Of a DNA stretch of 64,000 nt, positions 60,251 to 64,000 are shown in pieces. Source of the stretch: Nitrosopumilus sp. (GTDB lineage: Archaea > Thermoproteota > Nitrososphaeria > Nitrososphaerales > Nitrosopumilaceae); contig OZ242186.1 of assembly GCA_965205675.1 (NCBI GenBank), positions 1,152,001 through 1,216,000 of the forward strand. Reading direction: 5' to 3'. The translations under genes and the position numbers were made by a program. The notes under the pieces were generated by a model that was not told the origin of the DNA, did not search any database, and was given only the letters and a program-made list of their open reading frames with translations. How positions within the stretch are numbered: the stretch's first letter is position 1; each line of letters starts with the position of its first letter.

Positions 60251-61975
60251 TTATTTTGTTCGAATCTTATCTTGTATCTGAGCTAAGATAAGTTCTGCCT
60301 TGTCTTTGTTTTCATAATTTTCTCTAGAGTCATCCATAATTTCGTCAATTTCATAGCTTTTATCAACTAAAATATTTGCAACATGATCATCTAGAGTACC
60401 ATTTCCAATCAAATAGTAAGCAAATACGGTATTTTTTTGACCAATCCTATGAAGTCTATCTTCGGCTTGTCTGTGAATAGCAGGACTCCAATCAAGTTCT
60501 GCAAATATCACATATTTTGCACGAGTTAAATTAATACCGACATTGCCAGCACGAATTCCAGCAATCATTAATTTTGACTCACCTTTTTGGAATTTATCTA
60601 TTTGATCTTGGCGAGTTGAATCAGATTGTCCTCCAATAATAGAGACAGGTGAAAACTCTTGCAAGCTATCATGAAGTAGTTTGTGGATGACTTTGTGGTG
60701 ACAAAAGACAACCACACTTTCTTCAATTTCCATAATATTTTTTACAAAATTAATCACGTGAGGCAGCTTTGCAAGGCCTGCAATTTGTCTTTCACTTTGA
60801 ATTGCCCTAGTATATGATGCAGATTTGGAAAATTCTGTCTCAGCATCTTTTTGTTCTGATTCTACTTTCTTCCAAATTTTATCTAGTTCTTCAAGATAAT
60901 AATCAGTATCAGCAGCGATAACTTCTTTGTATCTAACTTTATCTTTAAGTTCTTTTAAGACATCAGCTTTCTTTCTTCGTAACATCACATGTTTTTGTAA
61001 TTCATTTCGAAGAGATGCTCGTTTATTTTCTAAAACAATTGCTTTTCCTTTTTCATTAACATAGCAAAAATACTCACAGAATTCTTTAAAGCTTCCCAAT
61101 AAACCGGGTTTGATAATATCAATGATAGGCCAAATTTCTGAACCACGATTATAGATAGGAGTTCCAGAAAGGCCGATTCTATAATGAATGGAGGGAAGCG
61201 CAGCTAATTTTTTTACTGCTTTGTATTTTTGAGTTGTTTTTGAACGCAGGTTATGGACTTCATCACAAACTATTGTTTTCAAACCAAGTTTAGACAAGTC
61301 ATTATTTCTTTTGAAAAGTAATTCATAATTAATTATGTAAATATCAGTTTTAGGAAGTTCGTGTGATTTTCCAGTTCTAATTATAGTAACACTTGGAGAA
61401 TCAGATTCAACAATACGGCCATTCCTACTTTTCTTTTTTAAGAATTTTGCAATTTCACGTTCCCAATTATTCAAAGTAACTAACGGTGCTACAACAAGGA
61501 GTGGAAATGTTTGTTTTTCAGTTGCAGCGTAAGAAAGAGTTTGGACAGTTTTACCAAGACCCATCTCATCAGCTAATAAGGCATTTCCAGATGATTTGAG
61601 TAAAAAGTCCAAGCCTTCTTTTTGGAAATTTAATAATTTGCCCCTAAACTGTTCTCCAGTTTTAGCTCGTTTTAGCTTTAGTTTGATTGGAGGAATACTA
61701 GGCTTTGGAGCATATGTCTTTACGATTTTTCTCTGCCAGACAGATTTGGATAAGATTTCAAGAGGATATCGGTCCATAATGAGTTTGAGTTGTTTGACAG
61801 TCTCGGTACTATCAGGAATAATTATTTCATTAACATTTTCACCATACCAAGCTTCTGAGACAAGTCTAGATAGCATGCTGACTGCACGATCACCAGTCAC
61901 TTTCCAGCTCCAGATTTTAGAGTATTTGTCAAGAACATACTCTAAGGTACCAATGTTTCCCATGGATGTTTCCAT
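60251..61975 (-). CDS. SNF2-family helicase/ATPase (HARP/SMARCAL1-like)
   Basis: LADEMGLGKT, DEVH, SGTP and QAEDRLHRIGQ motifs. Confidence 0.94.
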   Translation of the reverse strand: METSMGNIGTLEYVLDKYSKIWSWKVTGDRAVSMLSRLVSEAWYGENVNEIIIPDSTETVKQLKLIMDRYPLEILSKSVWQRKIVKTYAPKPSIPPIKLKLKRAKTGEQFRGKLLNFQKEGLDFLLKSSGNALLADEMGLGKTVQTLSYAATEKQTFPLLVVAPLVTLNNWEREIAKFLKKKSRNGRIVESDSPSVTIIRTGKSHELPKTDIYIINYELLFKRNNDLSKLGLKTIVCDEVHNLRSKTTQKYKAVKKLAALPSIHYRIGLSGTPIYNRGSEIWPIIDIIKPGLLGSFKEFCEYFCYVNEKGKAIVLENKRASLRNELQKHVMLRRKKADVLKELKDKVRYKEVIAADTDYYLEELDKIWKKVESEQKDAETEFSKSASYTRAIQSERQIAGLAKLPHVINFVKNIMEIEESVVVFCHHKVIHKLLHDSLQEFSPVSIIGGQSDSTRQDQIDKFQKGESKLMIAGIRAGNVGINLTRAKYVIFAELDWSPAIHRQAEDRLHRIGQKNTVFAYYLIGNGTLDDHVANILVDKSYEIDEIMDDSRENYENKDKAELILAQIQDKIRTK

Positions 61976-62315
61976 AATTTGTCGATAGAAAGTTTTTTTG
62001 CCTTATGAATCTTCATATTTTTCTCGATCATTAAAAAAGAAATCCATAATCTACAAGAGTTAAAATATGATACCTGTTTGCAACTTGGGGGAAAATTATT
62101 TTGGCAGATCTACAGGCACAGATGGAGAAAATGGAAAAAATCACAGTATGATAAAAGGAGAACCATATTTAGACAGAGATAAAATGGAATAATCTGAATT
62201 TAAAACAACAGAATTTTTGTTGGAAATTTTAATAAAATAATTAGATGTGTAGAATCTGATTTTAAAAATTAACAACACAACATACGTTTAAAATTCACAA
62301 GATTTTAGAAAAGTT

Positions 62316-62995
62316 GTAGAATTCATTCAAAATGAAGAACAAAATATTGGGAAACCAAATATCATTGCAGCAATGTAAAATATAAGAAATGTAGAAAGTA
62401 TAATAATAAATTTCATCAATGATTCATTGAAAACAAAAACATTCAGAACGGTAAAGACATCATTCCTAACATATGTGATAGACAATAAAGAATACACCTA
62501 CATTACAGATAAAAAACAAAAATACAGACATGCAGACAACTTGATAATATTTAGTGAAGGAAAAGGCCAATCGCAAAGTAGTAATGAATTAAATAAATTA
62601 TGTTAGGATGTGATGAATATAGCAAAGAAATATTCTCTAAAATTCATCTATACATTTGGAGGATTTCACACAAACAGGATTTTTGAAGATAAACCAAAAA
62701 AGACACAGCACTATAACATCAAGGGAACTACCAAGACAGATGGGAAGACTTGGCATAGGAACTACACCCCAAAGATCATTCATTACAGAATTCAATGGTC
62801 AGATACTAGGATTTGTAAAAAAATGAGATTCAAGGAATTGAAATGTATTGGAAATTAAATGAATCAGAAACTTTTCAATACAGAACAGCAATCAGTATCA
62901 TTAAAACTAGAAAAATTGACATGCAGAAAATTAAGAGATGCCAGTTAGAAATTATGACCCAAGAAACTAAGAGAAAGTTTAAAAATTAAAATTAG
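62316..62995 (+). pseudogene. PAC2-family (proteasome assembly chaperone-like) pseudogene
   Basis: EFIQNEE..KPNIIAAM*..NV.SI, then FIYTFGGFHTNR and ITEFNGQILGF-like segments; in-frame stops at 62376 and 62604 and a later frameshift. Confidence 0.75.
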
Positions 62996-63369
62996 TGAGA
63001 ACTTCCAACTTTATGATCTTTAGTATTCTCATCATGGCAATCACAACTACAAAGATGAGTCTTGTGATTATTCATACAGTCAATGCATTCAAAGTGTTTT
63101 CTTGTTTCACATGCGGCACAAATCATTGCAATATTACTAAACATAAGGAGAATTTGAGCTTTTTCTCTTTGGAAATATCAATAAATAACTTCACTTCGAT
63201 CAGATAGACTAAAAGTCAACACATCCGTATGAATCAAACTACTTGGCAAATTCTTTGTAAATATTAGAGGAGTTGTGCAATTAATTCAACTTGAGTGCAA
63301 TTCCAATATTTTCCAACAGCAAGATCAAAAGCTAATAATCACTTTTAATTCATGTTTAACCATACAGCG

Positions 63370-63571
63370 GTGTCTCTTGTAAAATAATTGGAGTTTCTGA
63401 ACGTTCTGGTGTTGCAAGTATTGGAATTCACCTAGTTGTTTTATATTGTAATGGAATTTGATGTACTCTTCTAGGCGTTATCTTGAGAATACCTGAAATG
63501 TATAAATTTTTTATTTTTTCATCTTTTGATTTTATAATCTCTCTGATCTTATTTTTATCTAGCTTTATCAT
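63370..63571 (-). pseudogene. IS481-like transposase N-terminal relic
   Basis: MIKLDKNKIREIINQKMKK*..ISGILKITPRRVHQI..YKTT..IPIL with stops; HTH pattern recalled from archaeal IS481-type transposases. Confidence 0.55.
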
Positions 63572-64000
63572 AGATGTTCCAGAATAACCTGCAAATACGA
63601 CAGTATAACCATAATGCTCTCCTAGTTAAGGAGTGAAATAATTTCCTGAAAAGAGAATAGTTAACTGTAATGTTCTTGTGCTAAATATAATTAAATAATC
63701 TTCTACTCTGATCATGAGTGTAAGCATTAAATATTTGACTAAAAACTATTTTTCATGAGTAAACCTTCTGACCTTGGTTCATTGAAAATTGGCTCTTACA
63801 TTCTATTGCCTCATTCAGATCAACCAAGTGGAGAACCTTGCAGAATTGTTGAATATGATACCTCCAAACCAGGCAAACACGGGGCAGCAAAAGCAAGAAT
63901 TGTCGGCGAGGGAATTTTTGATGGCCAAAAGAGACCCCATGTTGGTCCTGTCAGCATGCAAATTCACATCCCGATGATCAACAAAAAAGTTGGTCAGATC

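Noticed and set aside
63789-64000. GC-richer ORF fragment at the window end
   Set aside because: Probably part of another mobile-element relic, but truncated by the window and lacking a diagnostic motif.

Overview
AT-rich archaeal DNA. Gene content (TFB, SufBD-Rieske-SufS-SufU, hemL/hemC/cobA/hemD, split methylmalonyl-CoA mutase + MeaB, CdvB/ESCRT-III, HMG-CoA synthase, bioABDF, SbtAB) points to an ammonia-oxidising Nitrosopumilus-like thaumarchaeote. The window carries an unusually heavy IS load (IS5-like, IS630, ISH3, IS3, IS110/IS1111 and IS481 families, MITEs, many relics) and a housekeeping pseudogene decayed by GC->AT changes, which suggests early genome erosion, possibly in a host-associated lineage. 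The main highlight is a nested IS stack at 2.5-7.3 kb. It contains an archaeal IS1111-type (IS110 family) element whose downstream non-coding region folds into two loops capped by identical hairpins, with short segments matching its own circle junction and its reconstructable target site: a candidate bridge/seek RNA. The same element shows a TATA box that would only point at the transposase after circularisation, and evidence of a site-specific deletion. Other highlights are a 47-aa metallothionein-like ORF absent from the ORF track, a coiled-coil protein with a recently expanded histone-H1-like SPAK tail, and several microproteins. No rRNA, tRNA or CRISPR array was recognised. Family assignments come from motif recognition by eye; no database search was run.
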